Under the pieces are notes generated by a model. That model did not search any database and was not told where the DNA came from. It was given only the letters and a program-made list of their open reading frames with translations. Positions 1 through 11,797 of a DNA stretch of 64,000 bases are shown piece after piece. The stretch's first letter is position 1. Each line of letters opens with the position of its first letter. The translations under genes and the position numbers were made by a program. The DNA comes from Eukaryota sp. TZLM1-RC (taxonomy: Eukaryota > Protista > Metamonada: BaSk clade): NCBI GenBank assembly GCA_040285825.1, contig JAUPSS010000010.1:742881-806880 (forward strand). The letters are read 5' to 3'.

Positions 1-784
1 CCCCAAATGGCTGCAGCTTGGTACTTCGATTTCACCCTTGCTGTCCAATGGTTGATTACTATTGGGATACTCTAGTGACTTCTCTCATTCTTGATCAATT
101 TGATGACGAAGTGCCAATTCACCATCAAGTAAGCACCACGTCATCACCACGGATAAATTGCATGGGACGGCAAGTTGTCGGATTACAGGTTTCTCGTAAG
201 TTGAACGTCCCAGAACTAACGTTGACTCTCTTGTTGAATTCCAGCGAACAGTTTGTCATTAAAGCTATCAGTAATTTTGTACATTTTAAGATTAAGAATC
301 TTTTGAAAGATCGAGCAAAGTTTGTGCTACCCCCTGTCGAGACAATCTTTCATCAAGATTTACTTGACTCTACGGAAAAAGGATGAGGTGTGATTTAGGT
401 AGTTGACGTGTTGTTGATGTCTATTATGACCTATGTTTATTGTTAAGGTCTGAATTAGTATTTTGTAATAAAATTTAATTTAATTGTCTTTTTATTTTTT
501 TTCGAAACGTCAAGGTATGAAACTATAAGGTCAAGAATTAACCTGCCACAGAAACGTTTCAACCATCTTCCATCAACCAAATAATTCGATATTATACTAT
601 TCTGGAAACAAACTAACCAAATTTTAATGCTGCCTGACATAAATTGTATTGGGCATGAGAATTTTCATTAACTGAAGAAATGGGTTTCGCATATTTAGCA
701 ATTTAGTATTTTTCGCCTGTAAGAAGAGGATTGTTTACATCCGAGTTAATGAGATGTTCGTTAGAAGTATTACATTGTACTAAT

Positions 785-1383
785 CAGTGTTCGGACACCA
801 CCATGTGGTTCATTTTTACCACTATGTGGACCACGTGGTGCCACGTGGTGGTTGGTGCCACCATGGTGGTTTTCTTGGTGGTCAATTTCATTTCATTATT
901 CCTTTATCCTTTCTTTGTTCCTAATACCATGGCCTGGTAGCAAACACCCTGTATTTGAATACATTTCCCCTAATGAAGTGGAATATCTGAGAGGACGCCT
1001 ACATGCCATATGAGACTTTTATTCATTGGATGAATGTTGAAATAGTGAAAATGATGGAAGAGATGGAGGAAGTTGCAGAGGCAGTCAACGAGCAGGACCA
1101 AGAAATAGATTATCCACTGGACGAGGAAGTCCTATACGATCCTTTTTATTTTAGAAATCTTTATGTTTCGGAGGACATTGAGGAGGAATGATATGATCTG
1201 AAATGCATTGTTCTTTGTGGTTGAGTTGTAGGATTAGTATTAGTTTGCAAAAATAAACATGTTTTATTCATAATGATTTGACAATGTCAGAAGGTAACAG
1301 CACTTTATAGGCTAAAAAATACACCACCATGTGGACCACGCGGTGGCACATGGTGGTCCGCGTGGTCAAAATTCCGAATATTG
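785..1383. mobile_element. Non-autonomous hAT-type DNA transposon (MITE-like), copy 1
   Basis: TIRs CAGTGTTCGGA (785) / TCCGAATATTG (1373-1383). 8-bp TSD gtactaat (777-784) / gaactaat (1384-1391). Subterminal palindromic CCACGTGG/CCACCATGGTGG arrays. Second copy at 55241-55806. Confidence 0.85.
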
Positions 1384-1618
1384 GAACTAATTCTCCTCAT
1401 TTTGACATATGCACATCCTTTATATCACTTGTGCCACAGAACATTCATAAGAATTGACCTTGAAATATGTGAATACAGATAAAACTTGGTCGTTAGACAT
1501 CAACGGCAAGTTGCGGGGAAACAACAAGATGTTGATGAAAGAACAGCAGAAACTGTATAGAAACATGATACTAATGTTGAAGAGTATCAAGACAATCCAC
1601 TGGTCTCTTTGACGCTCA

Positions 1619-2467
1619 ATGCCACTACTACTAACCATCATTCTGATACTTTCACCAATTGCGTCAACTGAAATAGTGTTGCCACCTCGATGTCACATGA
1701 ATACCGAAATAAACACAATATGCGCCATTGAGATTAGCAAGCTTCATCCTACCCAATTTAGTGTGGGAGAATGGCAGGTGTACTGTGAGATTGAGGATAT
1801 TCATAACTATTGGTCCTCATGTTCCGATATTGTCACTCTCTATAAACAAATCAACCCACCAGTGGTACTGTTGAATGATTCATTCTATGTTCTAGATAAT
1901 CACCATTTTCTACGAAGTCTTTATGAGATCAACAACACCGAGCCAATCAACTGTCCTCTTCTATTTGGAAAAGATCCTGGAGAGAGGTTCGTCTTTGTGA
2001 AGTTGGTGGGGCGTTATGGGAAGCAGTTTTGTGCAGAGGAGCAATTTTTCGAGCATATGCTATCCAAACATCATCTCTTTCCATATCATCGAGGCATGCA
2101 CGTTCCACCAGCATTGCTCCCAAGCGCCATTGCTGATCTACGAGATGATCATTACCGGTCACTGGCCTTTATTGTAAGACAGTTTGGTGGTTTCTCTCCT
2201 CAGCAAGCCAAAAATGTTTATTATGCAGAATTTAGGTGGGCTCAGTTTTTTAGAGAGCGTTTGAAATTACCAAAGAACTTCGTCCCAGTAAAACATTATC
2301 AGATTGTATTGGCAGCTTTGGAGCTTGCACATAGTTCAGCAGCATCTTGGTTGCCTGGTTACACGAGGGAAAGATTCCCACCAGGTCAGACATGTTGCAA
2401 AGTGTTAAGAGAATTGCAGCCTATAGTTGAAGCACACATGTTGAAGAAAGCATCCAATGTAAAATAA
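1619..2467 (+). CDS. ParB-like nuclease family (ParBc_2-type) protein with N-terminal signal peptide
   Basis: Motifs LHPTQFSVG, PPVV..YVLDNHHFLRSL, LRDDHYRSLAFIVRQFGG, AEFRWAQFFR and ALELAHSSAASWLPG match the ParBc_2 pattern. Hydrophobic N-terminus MPLLLTIILILSPIAS. Confidence 0.8.
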   Translation: MPLLLTIILILSPIASTEIVLPPRCHMNTEINTICAIEISKLHPTQFSVGEWQVYCEIEDIHNYWSSCSDIVTLYKQINPPVVLLNDSFYVLDNHHFLRSLYEINNTEPINCPLLFGKDPGERFVFVKLVGRYGKQFCAEEQFFEHMLSKHHLFPYHRGMHVPPALLPSAIADLRDDHYRSLAFIVRQFGGFSPQQAKNVYYAEFRWAQFFRERLKLPKNFVPVKHYQIVLAALELAHSSAASWLPGYTRERFPPGQTCCKVLRELQPIVEAHMLKKASNVK

Positions 2468-2740
2468 ATAGATTGATTTGTACATGAATCTAGAACGAAG
2501 AAACCCTGATTTGTTGTTGAATTTCTTGTGTGGCAACACGAAGCAAATTAGGATTAAATTGTGAGCGGAACCATTTTATACCAAGAGCATGAGTTAACTC
2601 AAACCAAAATTGAGAGTGTTGTCAAATTAACTTCTTGGAATATTCAAAAATGATAAACAAATTGTGTAGAGATGTCAATCACTTGATTATTGTTCAAGTA
2701 ATTCTCAATTACTTTCCAAAGCGAGTAAAAGTATTAATCG

Positions 2741-2868
2741 TAGGTATCTCACTAGTGAGTACCTTGGTATATAAGAATAGCAAACAATAAAATTACCTTT
2801 ATCCTAACCCGGTTTACATTATACATAAGTCACAGCTAGCATAATGCCTAACTACAGCATAATCACAG
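2741..2868 (+). repeat. Decayed solo LTR-like repeat (family shared with 3537-3654 and 5199-5328)
   Basis: Shares ctcactagtgagtacct...aataaaatta...gctagcataatgccta with the reverse complement of 5199-5328 and with 3537-3654. Confidence 0.55.
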
Positions 2869-3536
2869 AATTATGTAAAGTATTTGGGTTATAATGAACT
2901 AAAATAGATTCGTTTTATTAAACTACAATCTCTAGTAAAATGAACTCAGAACTAATAAATCGAACTTCGATGAACCAAGATTTTCTCTACAAAAACATGA
3001 TTGGCTTCTGTTTTAACCATTGATACTCTTATTCGATATAAGAACTGAGATGATGTATATTGAACTCAATCTGTAAGCACCACAAAATAACATCAAATCT
3101 CTTCTGATGCTTTTGTTATAACAAAGTAACTAGAGAGTAAGATATTTTTTGAGTTTCACCAGCCCTTATAGAGAGCATCAGTGGTGAAGTCTATACTATT
3201 ATTTCAATTGTTGGAGACTCGTTGTCCACAGGACAACAGGTCATTGTTGTTTCTTGAACAAATATTTGGAAAACATTCACAAATGTTCCTACTACCGATT
3301 CTTTTCCCTTTTTAGCAAATGGGAAAGCAATAAAACAAGTAGTCTTTTCTATCAGCATTAACTTCTTCGATATCATTGTCATATTTTCTATGTTGTTCTT
3401 TGGCTTTGTATTCAAGAGCATCTATAGGATTATGTTTCCTTCTTTGAAACAAAGATTCATTTGTAAAATTGCAAGAAGTAAAATCAACAACAACTTCAGT
3501 GTTTTCAATCCAATAACAGTAAATATCACCTCTACA

Positions 3537-3654
3537 TGTAGGTATCTCACCAGTGAGTTCCTCAATATAGTATAGGTTAAAATAATATTATCTTCTAACC
3601 TTCCTTACATGACACATTCTGACATCCAACTAAATGATATGCCTTTTGGCAACA
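3537..3654 (+). repeat. Solo LTR (~118 bp) inserted in CRE remnant
   Basis: TGTAGG...GGCAACA termini. Interrupts the CRE sequence atcacctcta|tcattggacc. Homologous to 2741-2868 and 5199-5328. Confidence 0.55.
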
Positions 3655-3708
3655 TATCATTGGACCAAAATTGTTTAATCACAGTGTGTCTCTCATAAAA
3701 GGCTCTTT

Positions 3709-4808
3709 TGATGCCGTTGAGCAGATGAACACACGAAGGAGAGAGAGAAATCTAAGTTTATTAATAAAACTGGTTCATAAACGAGTATCACGTCATCAGT
3801 CGAAATGCAAAGAAACCTACTAAATCAATTTCAGTTCAACAACAACACTAATTTTTCCCATTTTTGTGAGGACAAATACAGTACTGTCTCAATAGAGGGA
3901 AGATATGATGTTTGTTATATTCTTCAGTGCATCATGTGTATGACACACGTGATTCACCTCATGTTTGATTTTAGTCGGACAATCGCGGGAGATGTGTCCA
4001 GGCCTGTGGCACTTGAAGCACGATTGATTTTTTTAATCCTGAGAGCGCCAAGAGAACCTCGTCTTAGTGCCATCCGTACATACCACATCATTAACTGAGG
4101 TTTTGAGACCACGAATCTATGAAGCAACCTTAGAGTGGTCTAACAGCTCATCAGTAGTGGTTTCGACCAGAGATTAAAGATCTGGGAATACATTATCTCG
4201 AATACTCGCTAGAAGAGAACGTTGAAGACCTAGGGGAAAAATTCCTCTGGCAAATCGATTCAGAAAAGCTATGTCTGGTAACTTAAGTCCGAAAGCGCTA
4301 CTCTTAATCTGGAGGAAACGTCGCAGGTAACAGGACATACGTTCTCGGACGTCACCAATACGGACATCAAGCTTCAGTTCTGACATAGCCAGACTAAAAT
4401 CTTCGTACGTGGCGAACGATACGACAGACTGTAGATGTCTAAGAAAACATCGTCATTGGAAGAGACGTTAGATTTCTGAAGAGATAGGGATTCTAACAGA
4501 AAAGAATCGACCGAGAGCCTTGCTGGAACAAGATCTTTCTTAGGGGTCACAGAAGAATAGATCTTCCACTCTTGTAGGAACAGAAGAACATTCTCAACTT
4601 TCATAGAAGAAAGAGACGGGAGGTTGACAGAGGGAACAGTCATCTGAAATAAGAAGCGCCAATAATTATTGATGCCGATATGCAGATGAACACACGAAGG
4701 AGAGAGAGAAATCTAAGTTTATTAATAAATCTGATTCATAAACAAGTATCACGTCAACGGTCGAAATACAAAGAAACCTACTAAATCAATTTTAGTTCAA
4801 CAACAACA
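3709..4808 (-). mobile_element. Internally deleted (TRIM-like) LTR retroelement, 1.1 kb, with gag-like remnant
   Basis: 139-bp direct repeats 3709-3847 and 4670-4808 (TG...CA on the minus strand). 4-bp TSD cttt. Purine tract aaatgggaaaaattag before the 3' LTR. Frameshifted gag-like ORFs 4374-4643 and 4174-4386. Confidence 0.85.
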
Positions 4809-5011
4809 CTTTATTACACGAGATTCCTGCAATTGTTGCCACAGAGAAAACAGTGTTCTCTGAGCGCGTTATGTGAGGTAAGTAAGATAAGTGATTAATT
4901 TTGAACAATCTAGAGCATGACGTAGGTTGATCTGTGATGAATTAGAACAAATACCGTTTTCTTTTAATAGAAAATGGTCAATGAGAATATTCAGATATAG
5001 TCTCATTTTTG

Positions 5012-6592
5012 CGGTGTTCTGTGGTGCAATGGTGCGACCGGAGCGACAAATTTGTCAGTCGGTGTACACCCAATTATACACATAATTCACGTGAGCTATA
5101 TACTTACCCTGTTGAACAAGTATGTACAATAGGTATACAAGTATATATAAAAGTAGAGTATATATGATATATATGTATACTTCAGTTTACTTCCTTGTTG
5201 TTGCCGTTAGGCATTATGCTAGCTGTATGTATGTTTAGTTTGTTAGTTAAGGCGGGTTAATATAAAGATAATTTTATTAATGATATTCTATATACTTAGG
5301 TACTCATTAGTGAATTACTTACCTTAGCTTCTCCCGTTTTTTTAATTAAAACTATCTACAGTTGTTCTTCCGCTTCCTTTGTGGATAACGCTTTTGCTGA
5401 GGCACAGGGAAAGCCCGAGCTGCGTTGTTGGATTTAAAAGATTTACGTTTTCCTTTATTTAATTTCTTATTGAATCGTTGATACGCTTCTGAATATCTGA
5501 TAGAATGGAGTGGTTTTTCGGAAGTATCTCTCCCAAACCATCTTACAGCACAGAAGGGTCCTTGAGCAGTATTATACTCGTCACGGATTTTTTCGCTGAC
5601 ATGTTTGCCTGAATCTGTAGCTGCAATTGTTGGCTCCTCGCCAAAATTAGTCAGTGTTAAATTTTACAGTAATCTCGTGATGCCACGTCATCACGTATTC
5701 AATTAGTCTCTCGTACAATTTCCTTTGATTATTCACACCCTCCGTAATAAACTACCCGTTTCTGATTTATTCGTAGTTCATTACCTGATGCATGACTATA
5801 CCGATTTATGTGAGGTCGACTTTTCCATTGAAGCAGATGTGTCCGAAAGTTGGTTGGTGAGTACTTCTATAGGAATGTCCTGATTACCAGGCTGCGGTCT
5901 ATCTGGAGTTTATGAAGGGGTTTTGGTTCCTCTTGCACGTTGAGTTGGATGGATGGCCTGAAAGATCTAATGTTTTGAAAAGGCGTATCATCTATTGCTA
6001 CTATAGGAGGGAAGGCAAAAACCATGTTGTTAACCCAAATGTCTCCAATTTGAACATTATAATGATTAAGAGGAGGCCTATAGGTGGAGATGACTGTCGT
6101 TCTCATATTGGCATGATCTCGTTTGTGAGTAACTCCTTGTTCGACAAAAATTAACCTGAACGGTTGAGAAGCGGGTCTCCTCTCAACGAGATCAGGGTTT
6201 GATGATGATGGGTGATACTCGTAAACCTCTTTGACTACCGTATAATCTACTCAGATGTGCTGTTATCTTTATTAATTCTATCCAGACCTGGTCTAAACCA
6301 GTCAGGAAGGAAATGTAGTCTCGACCATATTCCAGGACCTCGATCCTCCGGATTCTAAAACACACATATCGAGGGTGGCTTTTTTCAAATGAAATCGAAT
6401 CGGTCAGCACGAAACTTGAAGATGATGGATTTGTAAGAGAAGTTTAATGGGGATAGTCTCATTCTGCGTTCAGCAGGTCTACCCGATAACTCCTTACTTT
6501 CGTGGTCGAGAAGCTCTTTAGAGTCCTTCAGTGATTGTGATGTTAGGGGAATTTCGCTGAGACCGTTTACAGTCTTGGTAAGCGTTTGTACC
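5012..6592 (-). mobile_element. Decayed LTR-retroelement 3' segment (pol end, PPT, LTR) flanked by a 27-bp direct repeat
   Basis: Exact repeat gaatattcagatatagtctcatttttg at 4985-5011 and 6593-6619. LTR-like 5199-5328 preceded (minus strand) by purine tract aaaaaaacgggaga. Weak integrase-C/chromo-like peptides (YNVQIGDIWV, HLLQWK). Confidence 0.55.
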
Positions 6593-7410
6593 GAATATTC
6601 AGATATAGTCTCATTTTTGTTAACATTGCTTCTATATTAGCACATAGCCGAACCCTTTGTGGCACAAGGGTGATGAAGAGTCAAGAATCTAATGACTTAT
6701 TCTCACATACACCTTTTTTCAATACCATTGAATGAAGATTTTGATCCAAAGCAGCCGAGCTGCAACAAATTCACGTAATTCAATGCTATTCAAATAGAGA
6801 ATTTGCCATCTGTGACAACAAAAATGTAAATTTCGAATACTAGTGATATGATATGTTTCCTCTCTAAAGAATTGAGAATGATTCGAATAAAACATTGAGG
6901 TGATTTCGCGATATTTGGAAAGATTCTTGATGTTGAAATAAATGACGTTATGGGAAAGTGTATCTACCACGATGTTCAGTTGTCAAAAAACTGCATAACC
7001 GTCAAGAATTCCAAACATTGTTCAAGAAAAACAACAATGTTGCCACGTCACCATGACTCATTTTTTCCTTAAATCATCTTTTCCTCAAATCAACCACAAC
7101 ATCTCATCACAGGTGAGATGCTGTCATTCAAAACTTACATGTTCTGTGATCGATGTTTCAACAGCGGTCTCTATTCATGCAGTGGTATGCCCCTGTTTAC
7201 ATCTCAATTGCTGGGTGATGGTATTTCAGATAACATACACGCTGTCTGAAGTACCTATGTTGTCTATTCCTATCCGTCGATACGTTTCTGTTGATGTTGT
7301 TTCATGCTCGGATATTTGTGTCACTGGTGTCTATGCTCGTATCAGGTGCCAAATCATTGTTATTAAATTGAGGTCCTCCTCTCTGCGGTATCTAATTTTG
7401 ACGATAACTT

Positions 7411-7790
7411 CACTTGGTCCCCAACCATAAACCTCACCAGAATAGGTGAGGAGAAGGATATGGTCAACACTTCTTGAAATGGACTTAACCCCAACCATTC
7501 GATAACTCCATTTGGTCCCCAACCATAAACCTCACCAGAATAGGTGAGGAGAAGGATATGGTCAACACTTCTTGAAATGGACTTAACCCCAACCATTCGA
7601 TAACTCCATTTGGTCCCCAACCATAAACCTCACCAGAATAGGTGAGGAGAAGGATATGGTCAACACTTCTTGAAATGGACTTAACCCCAACCATTCGATG
7701 ACTCCACTTGGTCCCCAACCATAAACCTCACCAGAATAGGTGAGGAGAAGTGTATGGTCAAAACTTCTTGAAATGGACTTAACCCCAACC
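7411..7790 (-). repeat. Tandem array of ~3.9 x 98-bp units derived from an RCC1 repeat (pseudogene)
   Basis: Units start at 7411, 7509, 7607 and 7705. Each encodes VGVKSISRSVDHILLLTYSGEVYGWG (RCC1 blade), but the 98-bp length shifts the frame in every copy. Confidence 0.85.
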
Positions 7791-8099
7791 ACTCTTTCCG
7801 ATCGATCGGCAATTGGGTCGGACGATCTACCTTTATCTTGGCCAATTTTATGGTTTGAGATTATTATGATCAATAGTTGGACTGTTGATCACAAAACATG
7901 TAAGTTTTAATTTAACAACTGTTGATTTTTGCTATTGGTTATTTGTAGTTTAATTTATTTATTATTTTAGTTATTTGTTGTTTAATTTGTCACATTAAGT
8001 TTGGGAATTCACAATCATCGATGCTTCGTTCTTGAAAGAAAAATTGCTGAAATTTGGATAAGGCGTTTTAATTTTGAGCAAACTGTGGTCATCAACACA

Positions 8100-9130
8100 G
8101 CTAATGGGACGAAGTATATTGAACCATGATTTCCTCTAACTAATCTTGTTATAATTGTTGCCTTCCTAGCGTAATATAAAGTGGTGGTAATCTGTTAATG
8201 ATTTGAATTTAAACTCAAGAACTGTCCAAAAGGGAAGCCAAATCGCTGTTTTCCTGGGAACCATAATTCAATAATTAGTTTGAAAAAAGTGTCTGTTGCA
8301 GCTAATTGTGTTATGTTTAGAGATAGTGTGAAAACATTAATTACAAGCTTATTTCTATCATTTTTCAATCTAGAATATGATTCATGTGTATTCATATATT
8401 TTTAATTTATTACTTTAAAAAACTAAACACGAAAATTATAATTCTAAATCTTCACATCCCAAAGCAGCCAACATAAATTGACTGGAAGTTTTTCCTTCAT
8501 AAAAGCGACCAAGAGTTAATAAAGCAGAAGACAATAACGGGACAACACCTTTACAAATTGAAAATACTATTCTGTTCTGCCAATACGTTTTGTCGTAAAT
8601 TCTTCATGTACGTTGTTCTACAATTTCAACAAAATCATCCAAAAAAGACAAAGCAAGTGGTCCAAGCGTACCATGTAAGGAAAAAGCAGATGGACAAAAA
8701 CACAATGAGTGTGAGATTTAGCATTCAAGGAAACCAGCTTTGCTCTATATTTATCAATTTTGGAATTTTCGGCAACAGACAACGTACTTATCACAAATTA
8801 TTGTTAATTTGTGTTGCAATTTTTTAGCACAATACCTCAAATCAACTAGTGTTCTAGGTGGTATTTTCTGCACATTATCGGGAAAGTATTTACTCTAGAT
8901 TTCAGGAGGCAAACAATCAAGGGCATTTACAAGGTCTCTTAAATAATTCTTGCTTGTATATATTCAATAAATTAGCATCATTTGGAAACCGTTTGCAAAA
9001 TTCAAAAAAAATTCCCTCTACCAAAGAAGCAGCTTGACAGAGAATGGACGATTTAGTGAAATTAATTCCACCAAAATTAGATGATGAAAATACATGGTTT
9101 CGAATTAGATCATGATTGACATCAATCAAA
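8100..9130 (-). mobile_element. Cluster of CRE-like retrotransposon fragments (3' ends of two subfamilies plus RT-thumb fragment)
   Basis: ctaatgggacga...gatttcctcta 3'-end motif at 8101 (also 18655, 19975, 28480, 29475). 8430-8570 is an inverted copy of 13590-13740. 8917-9129 encodes NHVFSSSNFGGINF...FFEFCKRFP. Confidence 0.65.
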
Positions 9131-9312
9131 GATGCAAAGAATTTTTTCTCAAGTAATTAAATAAGCGGCAAAACTCACGTGAAATACCAGGAGAAGTTGT
9201 TCTCAAAAAGTGAAAAATTTTCCCTGAATAACAAATTTTTAAAATAGCAAATTAAATGTGTTCCACAAATTTTGTTTTTTGATCCTAAAAATAGCATCAA
9301 TCTTCACTCCAG

Positions 9313-10038
9313 ATGTCCGAAGACACCAGCTATGAAGTGAAACATCCGATTGTAGAGCCAATAACCATATCCCAAGAGGACCTTATGGTGTATTTGTTCC
9401 TCCGTAAAGTTCTTCTACTAGTAGTTATCGTGTTGCTATACTGCGTACTTCTCTCTGTGACACTGTTACAGATACCACAATTCATGTCGTTCTTCTCTTC
9501 ATCCCCGATAAGGCTAACAATCCCTGCATGTGGTTTAATCGTTTCCACAATACTCTTATACATGGTCAAAAGGATCCCGTTCTGGAATATGCTTTCTCTC
9601 TTTCTTTTTACAACTTTTGTCTCTGTCATTGTTGCTTTTGCCTCAGGCCACTTCTCCACAACAGTTACCATATCTTCTCTCGGAATCACTCTAGTCTTTA
9701 TGGTCATGGTGTTTTTCTCCACGTTTTTTTACCGAAAGAAACACCACCCTTTCTACAGAACTCTGATCATTCTATCAGTTACCGTTCTTATCTGCAGCCT
9801 CAGTCTCTCCTTCTTCATGAGCACTGTATCGTTTGTCTTGTATTTTTTAGCAACATCAACTGTGACCATTCTTATTGGAGCGGTTTTGGTATATAACGTT
9901 ACCAATTTGATGGCAAACGTGAGATTAGGTCAATATTCAGCTAATTTGGATGACTATGTGTCAGCAACCGTTACCATTTTTACAGATGTCTTGAGTGTGT
10001 TCCTTTTAATGTTGGCCTTTCTTGGTGGAGAACGATAG
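9313..10038 (+). CDS. Bax inhibitor-1 / TMBIM (lifeguard-like) family membrane protein
   Basis: ~7 TM helices; FLRKV near the N-terminus, PFWNMLSLFLFT, C-terminal DDYVSATVTIFTDVLSVFLLML. Confidence 0.85.
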   Translation: MSEDTSYEVKHPIVEPITISQEDLMVYLFLRKVLLLVVIVLLYCVLLSVTLLQIPQFMSFFSSSPIRLTIPACGLIVSTILLYMVKRIPFWNMLSLFLFTTFVSVIVAFASGHFSTTVTISSLGITLVFMVMVFFSTFFYRKKHHPFYRTLIILSVTVLICSLSLSFFMSTVSFVLYFLATSTVTILIGAVLVYNVTNLMANVRLGQYSANLDDYVSATVTIFTDVLSVFLLMLAFLGGER

Positions 10039-10499
10039 CTGTTTGAATTGTTTGTATTATAGTTGTAAATGTTGTTTTGTTTTGTGTCATAAATTCTTTC
10101 TTAGATTTAATTTTGTTTTTGCAGTTCAATGAATTTGAGCCACTTTGCCTGTTTACGTCATTCCTGGTTTGGAGAAACTGAGCAGCGTTTGAACTGTTCA
10201 TGAATTGACTAAAAGATTTGGACTATATTGCTTTCATAATTGGAACCAAAAACTTCTTATATGGTTGTTGAGACGGTCAATTTAGTCCAAAAATCGGTTT
10301 AGTTCAAATTGCTTGGGTAAATTATTGAATATATAATTTAACTTAATTAATGAACATTTTTACAACTTATTGCTGTTTTTCAATTAATTAAGCATAGCAA
10401 ATCGACTTATATGTGGCGAGAAAAACAAACTGTCATTCATAAATTTTAAATTTAAGTTAAAGTATAAGTGTGTTTTATTTCAAATTCAACATTCTTTCC

Positions 10500-11430
10500 A
10501 CAAACATCTATGCTGTATCTTAGGATGCCGTGTCTCTAAACATTGTCTCTAATGTTGCTTGTTTCAGGAAAGAACATTGAACAGTTTTGTGAAAAAAATT
10601 TCCATGCTTTTGTAGTTCTTTTAAAATTTGATTTATTTGAATAAAGAAAACTTGAAATAATGAGTTTGTGACAATTATTGAACCATGATTCATACTTATT
10701 TCCAACTGAATTGATCCGTTCAACAACGCTAGAATTCAGCTTCACGTTTAATAACTCAGATTCACACAGCGCCAGTAATTATGTCCAGAAAACAAGTGGG
10801 AAGTGAGGTTTTACCAATGTAAAAGAATACATTGCTAATTAATTAATTCCTTCGAATTAATTAATGTTCCAAAATTACTGAAAAATTAATCATCCTTTGC
10901 GGAAATTGAGTTTTGAACTTCTTCTCAAGCATTTCTTATTGTTGAAAGAACTAACTACTACAAAAATTCAAAAATTTCTTCACCAACTACTCCACTTTCA
11001 GTAGTCAATATTTCAAAAGGACACTGAGCAACCAGCACAAAGCAAAAAAAAACAAAAAAGTTCTGAACTTGATACAATTTCTTCATTTGAAATTGAGAAA
11101 CATAATAAGTTTTTTATCTTAAATATTGTTCTCAGGTTTTCTTAGTCGCGTTTTAAAAGGTCAATCCTGAACTAATTCCAAGTCATGTATTTTCATCATC
11201 AAATTTTGGTGGAATTAATTCACCTAAAATGTCTATTCTCTGTCAGGCTGTTTTCTGTGGGAAAAATTTTGTTTTTGAATTTTGCAACCGTTTTCCCAAT
11301 GATGTCGATTTATTGAATACTACATGTCCAAGTCTGTTCCGCAAAGTTGAAAAAACATCGATGCAGACAACTTGCCAATCTTTTGCATTGTAACCATCAG
11401 CTAAAACAAAGCTCCGTTTTTGTTGCAAAG
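10500..11430. mobile_element. Decayed CRE-like retrotransposon fragments
   Basis: 11080-11340 (+) is homologous to the CRE thumb region (HVFSSSNFGGI, GKNFVFEF). 10520-10745 (-) resembles the C-terminal region (SWFN...IISS). Many stops. Confidence 0.5.
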
Positions 11431-11797
11431 TATGTAGATGAACAGATGTTTCCAGTGAAGAGGTGTTTCTGTTTGAGGATTAATCGGTGAATGGTGTTTA
11501 TTGAGATCTAAGGAAAATTTCATTTCTTATTTCTGAATTCTTATGAAGTTGGGAAAGTTGTCTGGATTTTTAGGAAAAAATCCAAAAGCTTTACATAAAG
11601 TTCTATAAATTGCAAAATACAATTTACAATTGCAACTAAACTTGTGACGCATTGAGCCAAAAAATAACTTTATTAATACATTCACTCACCTGTAACTCAA
11701 AGTTAAACATCATTATGATAATAAATCCGGTTGACTTTGGTTGACTTCACTTAAGTCCACTGATTGAATTTCACTAAAGATTTATAAGAAGGATACC

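Larger units (their letters stand above)
3250..6790 (-). mobile_element. Decayed CRE-like non-LTR retrotransposon 3' region (Zn knuckle/RLE), interrupted by three nested insertions
   Basis: Segments 3300-3534, 3655-3708, 4809-5011 and 6593-6790 are colinear homologues of 28680-29190 and 18800-19370 (KEPL, MRLYLNI, KHRKYD regions). Confidence 0.7.

Noticed and set aside
1-450. ORF 18-386 and the opposite-strand reading (GGSTNF, VWA-like)
   Set aside because: No convincing motif set and multiple stops on the minus strand; cannot be assigned.
7411-7790. Possible CRISPR array
   Set aside because: Contiguous 98-bp units with no unique spacers; RCC1-derived; eukaryotic context and no cas genes.
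9330-9896. Overlapping ORFs 9330-9722 and 9528-9896, plus similar shadow ORFs inside other genes (e.g. 40113, 42178, 44243)
   Set aside because: Alternate-frame or antisense shadows of real coding sequence, with no independent motifs.
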